Assembly (NCBI GenBank): GCA_000320545.1
Contig: ADNK01002596.1
Span: 62,001 to 126,000 of the forward strand
DNA: 64,000 bases
Direction of reading: 5' to 3'
DNA from: Bigelowiella natans CCMP2755
Taxonomy: Eukaryota > Protista > Cercozoa
How positions within the stretch are numbered: the stretch's first letter is position 1; every line of letters begins with the position of its first letter. Both the position numbers and the translations under genes were made by a program. The notes beneath the pieces are model-generated. The model saw only the letters and a program-made list of their open reading frames with translations, had not been told where the DNA came from and did not search any database. Below are positions 42,223-55,092 of this stretch, in pieces.

Positions 42223-43848
42223 TCATACCAAAGAGCTCACAGGATCTCCGTTCAGAAAGCTCAATTCGACTTTAGGTGCTACTGGTGAGCTATTGACGAT
42301 GATTTTGCCTTTGAGATTCGATAGAACATCATCGTCAACCATCATCTTTGCATGGCTGTCTTCAATACCACTTGCTCTGTTGGCAGTAAATCCACGAATA
42401 AGTGGCAATGCGTCTTCCATATTCCATATCACGACGTCCGCACCCCTCTTTCTTTCTGATTTTTCTCCTTTAAGCAGCATCTCAGCATGAGAGTGTTTAT
42501 CTTGCTCTTGAATGTGAGTGGCCCCAACATAGCCAATGATCATACCCATTCCTGCATTTGCTGCAGAACCCACGCCTGACGCACTATCTTCTAAAGCAAC
42601 ACAGTCTTCGGGTTGTACCCCAAGAAAGTTTGCTGCCTTTAAATAGACTGAAGGATCTGGCTTGAAACGGGGGGGTGAGAAATCAGACTCACCACTGTGG
42701 ATATACTCTTCTGGGAAGAATTCGGTTAATCCTGCTGCTACTACTGAGATAGGCACTCTTGGTTTTGGACTAGTGGTAGCAATAGCAAAAGGGGTCTTGT
42801 CTTGTGATAAAGAGGTTAGGAGCTGAGGAATGCCGTCACATGGTTGAGCTAAAGTCCTTAACGCATCTTCAAACTCTCCACGTGCTTGATCCCACAACAC
42901 CGCTTGTTCCGAACCTTCATCACGAATCTGTTGGATTGACTTTAGGCCCATCTTCGCCCTTGCGTTATTCACGACTTTCATGATCTCCAAATCTTCTGCT
43001 TTATCAGCTCTTATTTCTTCCACTGACATCAACCCAGCCTGCTCTCTTTGCTCATCAAGATGCTCTTGCATTTCACCAAATGGCTTCCCGCAGTTTTCAC
43101 GAATCCAGTCAAGCTTGTACCTACCATTGAGCTCTTCTGGTGGAGTATCGATGAAATATGGCGCTAGTTCCCAATATGCAACCTCCATAGCTGGGGTCTC
43201 TGTATCCCCAACAGTACCATCGAAGTCAAACAGAACTCCTACCTTTGGCACTTGAACACCATCATCATCATCATCGCTCTTAGCATAGCTCCTAAGATAT
43301 TTCTTTGATCTGCTGGGCAAAAAATCTTGGAATTGAAGAGGGGAGGATTGCGTTGCTAAGAATCCTCTTAACTGCGACGATGGTGAGTCGATTCTACTAC
43401 AAAGCTGGTGTCGCTGGTGGTGATGATGATGATGCCTTGATGCACGCTCAAACGAAAATAGCACAGCCGGTTGGCGTTGACGTATATTTGGCGACGATAA
43501 CGAAGCACTTGGCACTACTTTACAAACAGCAACAAGGAGCAATTATTGACGACAGATCAACAGTTAACTATTCGTTTATTATTATGAATATTGTTGTTGT
43601 TATTTTTTTGGTTACGATTTCAACAAAAACAAGAACAGTAACAACAACAATTTATTCGTCATCGCTCATTGATGCACTCCCACTACTTACTTACTTACTT
43701 ACTTATTACCCGACTGAAAGCGACAAAGCAGCATTAGGGTTAAGACCGCAGTGAACAACGCTGTGAGTAGGGAGAAGGAGATACAGCTGATAACTACGGA
43801 TTTGTTGTTACTATTCCTTCGTTGATAGTAGTAGCGTGGGACGATCAT
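42223..43848 (-). CDS. HAD-IA family hydrolase (CbbY-like phosphatase) with a bipartite signal + transit peptide; 2 exons
   Basis: Motif I FDFDGT, motif II ATTS, motifs III/IV KPDPSVY..LEDSASGV. An upstream exon (ATG 43848, MIVPRYY..VVISCISFSLLTALFTAVLTLMLLC) joins in phase 1 (G|gtaata..gtaaag|TA) to an S/R-rich leader. Confidence 0.92.
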
Positions 43849-46073
43849 CCGCACGGTGGTCTTTTGCTTGTTGCAATCGGTGAGGCCTTCGACGACGAGG
43901 AGGAGGAGGAGGAGGAGGAGGAGGAGGCGACGTCTTCAGGAGAATGAGATATCTGCAGCATAAAAACCAGGAGAAGAGCATGTACATTCCAACTCATCAT
44001 CGTCATCATGTCGCACTTCCTTTTTTGGCCTATATTTCCACACGAATATTGTCAGATTGTGTTGTCGCAGCCACATAATAACAATAACCACCACATGCCC
44101 CCACCACCGATAACGACGTGATCTGCTTCTTGTCCAACCTTCCTCCTCAATACCAATCTCTCTCCTCAATACGTAGTCAGTTAGCACGTCAACTGGAATG
44201 AGGAGCGTAGGTTACCAAGCAGCAGATAGCAGTGGTGACCTGAAACGAAGTAAAGCAAACGAACTTGAACATCAGCAATACTGGTATGTTTGGGTTTCGA
44301 ATCACTATTGGTAGTGAAAGAATTTCATTTAACATCATGAACAACCATCAATCCAATCCATCAGGGAATTTGCAGAGCCCGGTCTTCGCACAGATCTGGA
44401 GCGGAGCAAGGATTTAAGCTTGCATGTAGTATTTGGTAGAGTAGTTCTCTTCTCTTTCAATCAAACGCAATAATGCTGAAAACAATGCATAATGGGATCG
44501 ATCGATGTCACACATCATTATGACGATAGGTGACGGATGAAGTATTCAATGCTGCTTCTCATATGATAGGTCGGATACCTTCTTTATGAATAATGTATAG
44601 CGCATTAGAATCAGTTTATTAAAGATTGATATTTTATCTCTGAGATTGAGGCAAAAAAAAGCTATGTATCAACATTGGAAACCAACTCCTCGATGATACT
44701 GCTGCTGCTGCTCATGATGATGATGACAATGATGATGAAATACATCTTCTTTGGTGACCTACGCAATGCTCATCCACACCATAATATGTGTTATTGCCAG
44801 CAAGCTTCTTGTCAATCGTCGGAGCAATGGTGCTCATAGCTGGATCTTCTCATCAGTCAAATGTAGTAATTTATGTTACCACCGCATGATACAACATCCA
44901 TCAAGTGTTAGCACTCGTGATATTATTAAAGGTGGAATGTTCTGGAATTGATTGTACAACATATTATGTTTTTTTAATTTTATCCATCCGGTTTGATTAT
45001 TTTCACACCATGTGCTGCTACACACAGGCTTGGAAAATCATAAGTTTCAGCATTTATGGTATTACTACTACTGCCATAAATTCGAGTGAAGTACAATCAA
45101 ATGATCATACTTGAATATTAACGACAGCTCGTTTCCAAATTATGACAGAATTTAAGCGCGATTATAATTTTCTTCTTCTTCTTCTTCTTCTTCTTCTTCT
45201 TCTTCTTCTTGCATATTCTCCCTCCTCTTTAACTTAGGAGCATCAATGACAAACCTATTTGTGTCAAGTACGCTTCATCATGGATTACACTGCTCTCCTA
45301 AAACAAATGTAGTAGTCATAGATGTTTTATAAGTAGTTATAAGAATATGGTCGTTTGTTCTTCGTAGCCTCCCTCTCAATCAACCTAATCGATTGTATTG
45401 CTGTCGGTCTCATATCATCATAATAATATTCTTCATTTGAATTGCTCAATCTAACCTCAATATGCACTATTTCTGTGATATAAAGTACTGCTTCTTTTAT
45501 TTCACATTTTTGAGTAGCATTTTTAGGAACACTAGTCTCATAATCACAACTAACAATCCATAATAAGATATACATTTCATAATGACAGCATACGTTCCGA
45601 ATGCTCGATTATGTTGCGATATATCCATTCATAGCCGGTAATCTGCGCTTCTTCACTCTCTCCCTCTATTTCATAATGGGCGGTGTATGATGTAAGATGA
45701 GTAAAGTGATTAATGAATTAATTGATAATTAGGAACTTTCACACCTCTCTGTTTGGTATGTTTACACTCAAGTTGGATTGGATGGGGCTTTTTAGGTCGT
45801 TGTCGTAGTAGTAGTAGTAGTAGTAGTAATAGTAGTAGCTTGTACTGTATTTATTACTTCTTAGAAAAAGATGCAAGCAAAGCATCGGAGAAGGAGGAGA
45901 ATCTCATGAGGATGATTGTGACGATGAGGGGGAGGAGGAGGAGGAGGAGGAAGAAGGCGTGTTTTGATTTCTTAGTTGGTCGCTGCTTGATGACAAATTT
46001 AGCATTCTTCTTTTCTCTTCTCTTCTTTACGTATACTGAAACAAATGCAAAATATGCACATTTATTCAAACAC

Positions 46074-46109
<36 letters not shown>

Positions 46110-46817
46110 ATATGTACATATATGCTGCTGCATATTGTAGCACAACAAATAGTAGTAGTATTCCATGATTTATTGTTATTATTATTATTATTATTATGAT
46201 TATTAACCCTGCAACAACAACAACAACAACAACTCTTGTAGGCATCGTATGGGGCGAAGCAATATTCGGAATATGTTTAAACACAATTTGCTATTGGAAA
46301 ATGCCTAAGTAAGTAACTAAGTTAGCAAGCCATTCATATAAATCAATACATTACAGATTAGTTTGTCATAAAATCCAAACAACACATCGTTATGAATCGC
46401 CTACATCATACAACTACTTCCCCTGTCGGACTGAAGTATGTTCTTATCGTTGTATCATGTAGCTTCTTCCTTTTTCATTCTTTCTACAAAAACACTCATT
46501 TTGCATAATGCATTTAGCGGTAGTAGTGTAGTAAAAACATACTCAGAATGTGTGCGATGTTACGTGCAAGAGAGAAAGTTTTGCTATGTTTTGTTACTGC
46601 TAAGTATCACCTGGCGTGAATCACTCAAGTTGATTTTCCACATATACTCATCATCATCATGATCATCATCATCAAACATATACTGATGAATAGATGGATA
46701 ACACTGACGATGTACATGTCAATGGGATGGACTGGCGCTTTTCTTGCATTTCCGTTGTACCCTCACATAGGTTTGGGGTAATGATGATTAATGTATGCTG
46801 TTGCCGCTGTTAACACA

Positions 46818-46855
<38 letters not shown>

Positions 46856-47312
46856 GAAGTTTCTTGTTTGTTGGTCTTTTGAGAGGTTATTTGTTGTATC
46901 TTATCACATTCGTAATCATGATCTTAATAATGCTGCTGCTGCTGCTGCTGCTGCCGAAATTGAATATATGATCAGTGGCATTCTTTTGCTTGGCTTTGGG
47001 GGATTGATGTAACAATACACCAAACATAGCTCCCCCCCCCCTCCTCCTCCTCCATCTCCATTTAAGTAATGATGCATGTCTGACACCCTCTTCCTCTTCA
47101 TAAATATATCTTATATTGCTCATACCATCGTCCTCCTCCTCCTCCACCTCCTCCTCAGCTACACAGTTGGTGGGGCTGTATTTATTATGGAAAAGCCGAA
47201 CCCAATCCCAGGTTTGAACAAGTGCCAAATAACTATTTCTTTCTGTGAATGAAATGTAGTGCTGGGATTGATACGACGACCACCAGCTAGGGAGGACACA
47301 TATACTATTTTT

Positions 47313-47350
<38 letters not shown>

Positions 47351-47396
47351 ATAATATATATTTTAATCAACCGGTCGCACCGCCTCTATACATATA

Positions 47397-47438
<42 letters not shown>

Positions 47439-47474
47439 GTTTGTATATTACTAATATCTGGTGGGAGGAGGTCT

Positions 47475-47517
<43 letters not shown>

Positions 47518-47615
47518 ACAAAGAGAGAGGGAGGGGGGGGGGGGGGGGAAAAAAGAAAAAAAGAGAGAGAGGGAGAGAGAGAGACGCGCACATAGCGTGT
47601 GCAATACAACAATAT

Positions 47616-47651
<36 letters not shown>

Positions 47652-47882
47652 GTGTGTGTGCGAATACATTATACTTGTTGTGTTAAAATTAGGAAACTTC
47701 GGATTTCATGAGATATGGCATATTTTTGTCGTTGCAGGTATACACACATTCATTCATTCTATGGGACGATGAGACCAAATGAAAGATGATCAATTTCCAT
47801 ATTTTGTCAGGTGCAGCCATACACTGGGCGATGATGTTCTATTACGTTCTCCCCAATAATTGATTAGATGTATTAAATCTAG

Positions 47883-49000
47883 AAATGCCAGTTGAACGTG
47901 TGTGACTTTGGTTCACGTGTCTTGTGCAACGTCTGTTTTTTGCACACGTGAACCGAGCTGCGTGTGTGTCGTGTGCGCGTGCACGCCTGTGGCCCCCACG
48001 GGCCATCGGCAAGACTCAACAAAACCAAGTGCAATCACTTGGCGTGTGCTTTTTCAAATGAACCTTGAACGTTGCGTTCATCACCACTGTGTGCATGCAT
48101 GTGTGCATGTGCATGATGACTGCTGGATGCATGGACTGTGCAATCACTGATGAAAAGGCATGACTGGCTCACTTCGCACGATGGACACGTGGCGGCACGT
48201 GCAGTGTGCACGCGTTGCACTCAGCCGTTTCTGCACTTGTTGGCCGTTTCGTGCGAAAGCGCATTCGATTCTCAGATTGCTCGCATGGAACATTCCTGCG
48301 TGCGTCCATCCTGTGTGTCACTTGTGTGTCACAAGCACACACACTTCAGAGAACGTCAACTGTCGGAATCTGTCGGAGGCCATTTTCAATTTTGGTGACC
48401 TCAAAAACAGCTCTCCCCAAAAAAAAACTGGACAGCAGTCTAGCAGTGTTCTGGATCACCAACAGGAACACGATGAATGTCAAATTTCACATCAATTGCA
48501 AGGGGGGGGGGGGGGCAAAGTTGGATTCTGGCAATTGAGGAACACCTGTGGAAAAAATGTGCACAGTTTTTGAACCGCAACTTCCGAAATTTTTGTTCAA
48601 TTTTTTTTTTCCCAATTTTCCCTCAATCCCCTCGATGAGAGGAGTCAATTGGCACCCTTTTCGGCCTCCAAGTGTCAGCAGTTGACCCCCGTTTTCCAAG
48701 TGCGGTGGGGTCGGCAGGATTGTCTCAATTGTTGTCACTGTCTACAACTTCGAACGTGCAACGGAATCTAGAAAGCGACACGTCCATCTAGTAGTGGCAT
48801 GATTGTGTCCATGCTAGCATCTAGGCATGCTACTAGCATGTCGCGACCGCCTTGCTGTAGCTTGTCCACGTTGTAAATTCGTAAGCGAATGAATCTAGAA
48901 ATGTCTGCGTGGTTAAACTAGCTAGCTAGCTAGCTAGCTAGCACACACTGTGCAGCATTTTTGCTGCTAGCTAGCTAGTTCCTACCAACGACTCCAAGCT
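47883..49000. other. TpA-depleted island F with a CTAG-rich shoulder
   Basis: 47883-48742 contains a single TA (CTAG at 48440). 48760-49000 is dense in CTAG, including a (CTAG)6 run at ~48918. Confidence 0.95.
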
Positions 49001-49102
49001 AAGAGGTGTTATGTATTTTGTCTAAAGACATGTGGTGTAGGCCATTTCTAGATCTATGCGTCTAGGCATACATGCTGTGCAGATGCGTAGAAACAAAGGT
49101 GT

Positions 49103-49172
49103 GATGTTCTTCCGACTCGTCTAGTTGCATCAGTTGCGACATTCTTCCGACTCGTCTAGTTGTGTTAGTTGC
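49103..49172 (+). repeat. 35-bp imperfect tandem duplication
   Basis: GATGTTCTTCCGACTCGTCTAGTTGCATCAGTTGC versus GACATTCTTCCGACTCGTCTAGTTGTGTTAGTTGC. Confidence 0.95.
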
Positions 49173-49406
49173 GAAGCTACAAAGCGTCGATCAAAGACTT
49201 TCATCTCAATTAGTTTCATTTATTGAGTGATGGATGCACATGCAAGCAAAATGAGGAAACATGAAAATAGTTCACAATAGCGAAAGACTGAAATACTTTG
49301 CCTCTGCATGCGTCACAATCTATGTGAGCTATTGAGCATACCTCAAAGTCTCCCCATGCATAGGTGTAGACTTGTGCGCGATCTTATGATTCAGTTCTTT
49401 CTTTAT

Positions 49407-52400
49407 TCACACAATCTTAATGCCTGAAGCTTCTTCAATCTAAATTTGCGAACATGTTACACCATTGTAAATTAGTGTCCGAGAACAACATCTTTGTAGC
49501 TTTGTAGTGACCAAAAATTAATGTAATATTACTTTACCTCTTTAATATGAGCTCTTGTGGTGGCATCAAATTCTCTTGCCTTTAACAAACATCAATTCAA
49601 ATATCAGCTTATCTTAAAGTAATATTTCACTTCTAATGACATCCAGACATCAATCCTTGATCTATGATTGTAGTGGATCTAAGTGCACCGGTGAACTCAT
49701 CCGCCGTCTTTTTTCTTCCAGCGCAAATCTAGATTGACGAGCCAACTTGATCTCTTCGTCACTCAAATGCGTGTGTCCTCTAATTCTAAAGTTGTTCTCT
49801 AGCGTTCTAGCTGGAGCTGTTTTAGCACTATAAGCGCTCACATCGGAACTTGCTCTTTTTCGACTCTTTTGAATAACAATCTCCTCCTTTGAAAGCATTC
49901 ATAACGTCCAAAAAATATTTTTTAGTATGAATTAAAGTCTAGATAGAAATTGAACATAGTTTAGACTGCAATACAAGAAAAATTACCTTCAGTTTTTTCA
50001 TATCGACAGAATCTCTGGTTCTTATTTCCTTGCCTCTTTCTATATAAGTACTTTATATCAGATGTCAATATATTTTAAAAAGAAACACATTGTGCATGTT
50101 GTAGACATAAATCATGATAATACCATTCATATGTGAATCGACTTGATCACTTGAATCTGCATACTCAGTTCCATTAATCTGCAACCTTTGGACATGTCGA
50201 TCTGAAAATCTCATGGAGGATATTCGACGATGACCCTATGTAAACGAGAACATTAGAATACAGTTTAAAGATATTGGTGGCTACCTTTGGTTGTCTTCGA
50301 CTAGGAATCTCAGGAAGATGAACCTATATTAAGAGAGTTTAATTCTGAAGCGTTCATTATCCTCAGTTTTATCTATTCTAATGTTACCGATTTAGTTTGA
50401 CGATGCTGTCTTTGGTTCGGTCTTTGGTTCGATCTACGTCTGGGGCTTAAGTCCCAGGCTCTATAAGATTAGAAGTCAACACTCTAATCATGTTCTGCAC
50501 TACGCATTGAATCGTACGGCGACAACCTTGAACTATCCGTTTCGGGTTGAAAGTTTTTACTAATTTCAAGTTTGAATTTACTCAATTCAGGATAAATATA
50601 TGCATAATAATAATAATTCAAATTGTTACGGGATGTCCCTAGAGTTTGGACTTGGAGTTGAATCTGTTTTGTGCATGTCAAATCAAAGATATTGGGGGGG
50701 GAATAAAACACTAGGAACTTCCTTTACACACAGTATCCACAGTGTCCATGCTCATATATATTTTCAAGTAATCTTCCTGTCTTCCTTTTTTATGAGGGCA
50801 CTTTCAAAAATTTTGAACTTTTGTTTGCATTTTTTGTTCTAGGCCTTTGCTCGTATGAGATTTAAGAGCCTTTAGCAAACGCCCATCACCTTGTTGTACT
50901 TCACGAAGGAGTTCCCTGGGAGATTTTTTCAGAAGGAGTTCTCGAGGAGATTTTTTGTGTTGAATCCACCCTCGGGGAGATTTACCTAGTTGAGGATTCA
51001 AGTAGATATCATTAAATTTGAACTGCTTTTGTAAGGCATTTAAATTGTTTAGGCCTTATGGAAAATTTTAATTTATCACCTTTTTTTGATCCTCGCCCAG
51101 TTGGAGTTGAGCTCTGGTGGAATCTGACATTTCTTATTTGTATGGGTGTGACTAATTTCAAACACAATTTCTTACCTAGGACTAGCCCATACGCTCATGA
51201 CGCTGCTAACTTCGAGGTCAATGTCATCCTGATTAGAGGAAAATAAAAACATGTACACATTGAATCATTGAATTATTGAGACAACCTCCTCAATTTGTTC
51301 CGAGTCACTCGTATTTCGTTGTTCCTCCTTGACGTGATGCTACACATTTGATAAAAGTTTAAAGGTGATATAAAAGCTAATAAATATCTGAGCAACCTGT
51401 GTGTTAAATAATGATGTTGTCGGCAAAATAAGAGGACCAAGGTTGTGACCTGATAATAAAGGCAAAAAGTCAACCAAAACTTATTGCCTCGAAAAACTGC
51501 AGCTACCTCCACGGCCAGTGGTTTTCTTTTTTAAGCATGACTAATATGGATATACTCAAATTTACATCGCTCATCTTGGTGAAAATACAGAATATTATTT
51601 TACTTTCAAGGATGCAGATTTCTCAGAGCTCCGGAAAGACCTGTAGATCCCATTTGTTAGAATCATTCAGATAGAGTGTAAAATAAGACTAGCAATATAC
51701 ATGGCTGAGGGCGAACAAGCCATAGAACTGGGGCTGACAGCTGCTTCCATACTCTAAAACATAGCATATCTGCTTTAGACACCTCTATTTTGGAAAAAAT
51801 AATAGAATTAACTGAATCCGTTTTGAGGTGGTAAGAAGGTAAAAGAGGATTCTGTGAAGCTGAAACTTGAAATGGTTTGGGAGTCTGAATATACATTCGG
51901 ATTACATCTTTTAGACAACATAGTGTGAGCAAAATTCAAGGCTTAATTCGAACTTTATCGTCATCCACGGATAAGAGGGCCAATTGTGTACTATTTTCAT
52001 AAAATAAAAAAATAATTTAAATCGATTCATTTGTTTTACAGTCAGATAAAACCTTATTTCGGAGTTATTTGAGGGAGAGACCCGCTCAACCTTTCCTCTT
52101 GGTCGTTCTGTTGCTCTTTCCATATGTGATACCGAGTATAGTCGTCCTACACCTGCTGTTGATATTTGTCACCGTGCCGAAGCTAATTATAACGGCAGTT
52201 AACTCACTACTTTCTGGCTGTCGAAGTTTAACATTTCTTTGCTTCTTTGCCATCTTCTAAAAAGTGATTTGTTGAAGTGTTATCTATCCTCAACATAAAA
52301 AATACAAATATATCCCCCCAACACACCTTATCGCTACTCGTCCTGCCATTATTTCCAAGAGTAGTTCGAGAAACTTGCCCATCAAATATATTCATGAAAC

Positions 52401-53700
52401 ATTCAACCTTAAATCATACAAATAAGTGCGGTACCTGTCCACATATCTTTCTGGTGTCTTTTAGCAGAACTATTTCATTTCAAATACTTAGAGTAATATT
52501 TTGATGTGAGAATATTGCAAATTACTCTTTTAATGTATCCAGGCGCCTAAAAGAAAATTTCAATTCATTTGAAACCATATTAATGTTCTATTTTGTCACA
52601 AGACTTGCAAAGTGAATCACCTTGGTGTCCTGGATTTGGCATGCGGAGATGGTTGTATTATCATTCTGCCGTGATACTTCGTTTCATTTTCGATTCTACT
52701 GAAAATTCGACGCATCTTGTGCAGTATTTTTTAAAACCTGATTTTTGATGAGGATGACGGACGCAGTCTTCTTTCCGTCGGTGAAGACGCCGGGGAAGGA
52801 CTAAATGTACATGTCATGCATGTCCAGATTCACCACACAAATTACCATTATCACACACACACACACACACACGGTATATAATTTACTTCTTTTTTGATGC
52901 AGGATTATCAACAATCCTAGGAGACGCCCATCCAGCTGTTTGATTCCAAGCCCCTCCGGAAGGTGATAGTACTCCGTATCTGTAGCATACAATCACGTTT
53001 TGCAAGCACTGGATCTCAACATTGCATTTTTGACCCAAATTGTTGCAAGCCACTTGGTGGGGTAGAAGTGCTCCCTGAAGATCTATTAGTATGTGAGACA
53101 TGAAAACTTGGAGCTTCTCGTGGAGCTGCTATCTAAGAAAACCTTCGTTGAGTTTTGTGCTTTGTACTTCCACGACTTTTCCCAGAGGAGAGTATACTCT
53201 CGGTCGTTGTCGATGCAGTTGTAACATGTGCCGGGGAAAGCTCATCCTTTCACAATGGAGTTATTTTCTTTCATTCGTTTGTTTCAGGAATTACCATATG
53301 TCAAACTGTCACCTGCTTTAATTTCTTGACATCCAATTTCCAATTTCCAAGGCGTTCAAGATTACCATTATGAGGCCTAATTCTTGCCACTGGTAGCGAA
53401 GATATTCCAACATTGCTAATGTTTGCAGCTGGAGAAGAGGGTGGAGCACGAAGAGCGATGCTTTGATTCCGCAATTTGACATCTGCACAATTGTATCCGA
53501 AGAGATAAGTTGTCAATTTGATGTAATTTGCAACAGTCTGTAGCAATTACCGTTCCCAACTTCTGACGAATCTTCCACTCTGATTCTCAAGTTGGCTGGA
53601 ATCATCCCTGTTCTTCGCCCCAGTGACCAAAATGATGGCGAACTCTAATAAGGGCGTGAGCAGCTTGGCATATGACGGAACTCGCACTTGCATGTTCTAA
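49407..53700 (-). CDS. Uncharacterised multi-exon S/P/K/R-rich protein with short introns; 5' end unresolved and may extend into island G
   Basis: Many short GT-AG introns on the minus strand. Terminal exons read ..RRRMSSP|AREFDATTRAHIKE|IEEASGIKIV* (TGA 49407-49409). KSPR repeats at ~50900-50990. Confidence 0.55.
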
Positions 53701-54151
53701 CATTTTTAGTTCAAAACAGATGGAAGGTTGAAAACATGCCATGTGACCACAATTTGGAAGTAGAGGTCATCATGGGCATTCTCATCAAGTGTTGATTTTT
53801 TGTCCAATGTGGTAATTGTTGATTTTTCGATGGATAAACACAAACTTCTTCTCAATTGCACAATGCTGCAAGCCTTTTGATGCCTAATCTCCCAAGTTAA
53901 TTAACTGCACTTGTGTCACTTGAATGAAGACCTGGACACTCGAAGTGATGCGCTGGTGTTGGTTCTCGGGTACCGCTACCGTCGTATTTTTGGACACAAC
54001 AAAGCCGGAACCCCGGGGTGGTTCATCATGCAAAGCAAAATGCAGCCCAATTTCATTCGTAATCAACCCATTTCTGCACAAGTAGAGAGAATTCGTATAG
54101 GCATCAATGTTCGTCACTCAAATGTTCTTTGCGCACATTGCGTCAAAATAG

Positions 54152-55092
54152 GCATGAAAGGGCAACGTTCGGCCTGCATTTCTAGCAGCAGCACAAACTT
54201 TTTTGAAAGAGGAAATCTGAAAATTGGTCTTCTTCCTTCAAATTCTTTGCGTTGCTCTGGCTTCGTTCATCGAGGGTCAGGCTAGCAGGGGTCGAAATGC
54301 CGAAATGGACAAACATGAATCAGTCGCTCAATCAATCAATCATTCAATCAATGAAGAGGGGTGTCACTGGTGCACGTGCTTCATTCTTTGATCCTTTCAA
54401 AGCACCATTGGAATTGCTTTGTTCACTTGTTCGTGTTGACACGTGCATGCCACAACGTGACGAGACACAGTTTTCCTGACGCGGGTGTTTGTTCTTGTTT
54501 TCTTGGGCGTCGTTGTTCGCACGTTCCACTCTTCTTCTTCTTCTTCTTCTTCTTCTTCTTCCTCCTCCTCCTACACCCCTGCGATGTAGCGAACATGGGA
54601 GCCTGGAGCCTGCTAGCCTGAGCTTCTTCACGTGCCATGTGTGATGGATGCATCTGAACAGTGTGACAAGGATGATAGACATGCAATACATTATGCTGTA
54701 TTGCTGTGTCTATTATGAGGCCAGCCCAAACAAACTGAGCCATCAGATCCAGAGAGATGCACGTGCACACACACAGTTGATTGAGCGTGGCATGGCATGC
54801 ACGTCTGGACCCATGTGGCAGAAATGTCGACAGTCTAGCAGCCATCACCAGATCAATCAAATCACAACAGCTAGACAACTCTGCTAGAATGCAACAAGAA
54901 CTGTTCAGTGCAGAATCCACTCCAGGATCGACGAGATCCACACAACATCTAGCCTTGTGCACATCGCATCGATCGATCGGGCTGTGTCCACAACTGCAAT
55001 TTCCTCTCGGCGCCTCGCTAGCGCGCAACATTTCTGCATTTCCCCCTCTAGCCCTCCCGTTGCATGCATCTGCATTTGCCAGCTTGTTTTTG
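54152..55092. other. TpA-depleted island G
   Basis: Outside a 40-nt patch (54676-54715), TA occurs 11 times by eye: 9 in CTAG, 1 in CTAC and 1 in GTAG. Confidence 0.9.

Noticed and set aside
5527-47700. Numerous poly-H/V/S/L/Y/I and HT/YI/ER dipeptide ORFs
   Set aside because: They are translations of intronic (CAT)n, (TAG)n, (CA)n, (TA)n and (GA)n microsatellites.
48444-48740. MITE/hAT element with CAGTG...CACTG ends
   Set aside because: Only 5 bp of inverted match, no target-site duplication and no second copy in the window.
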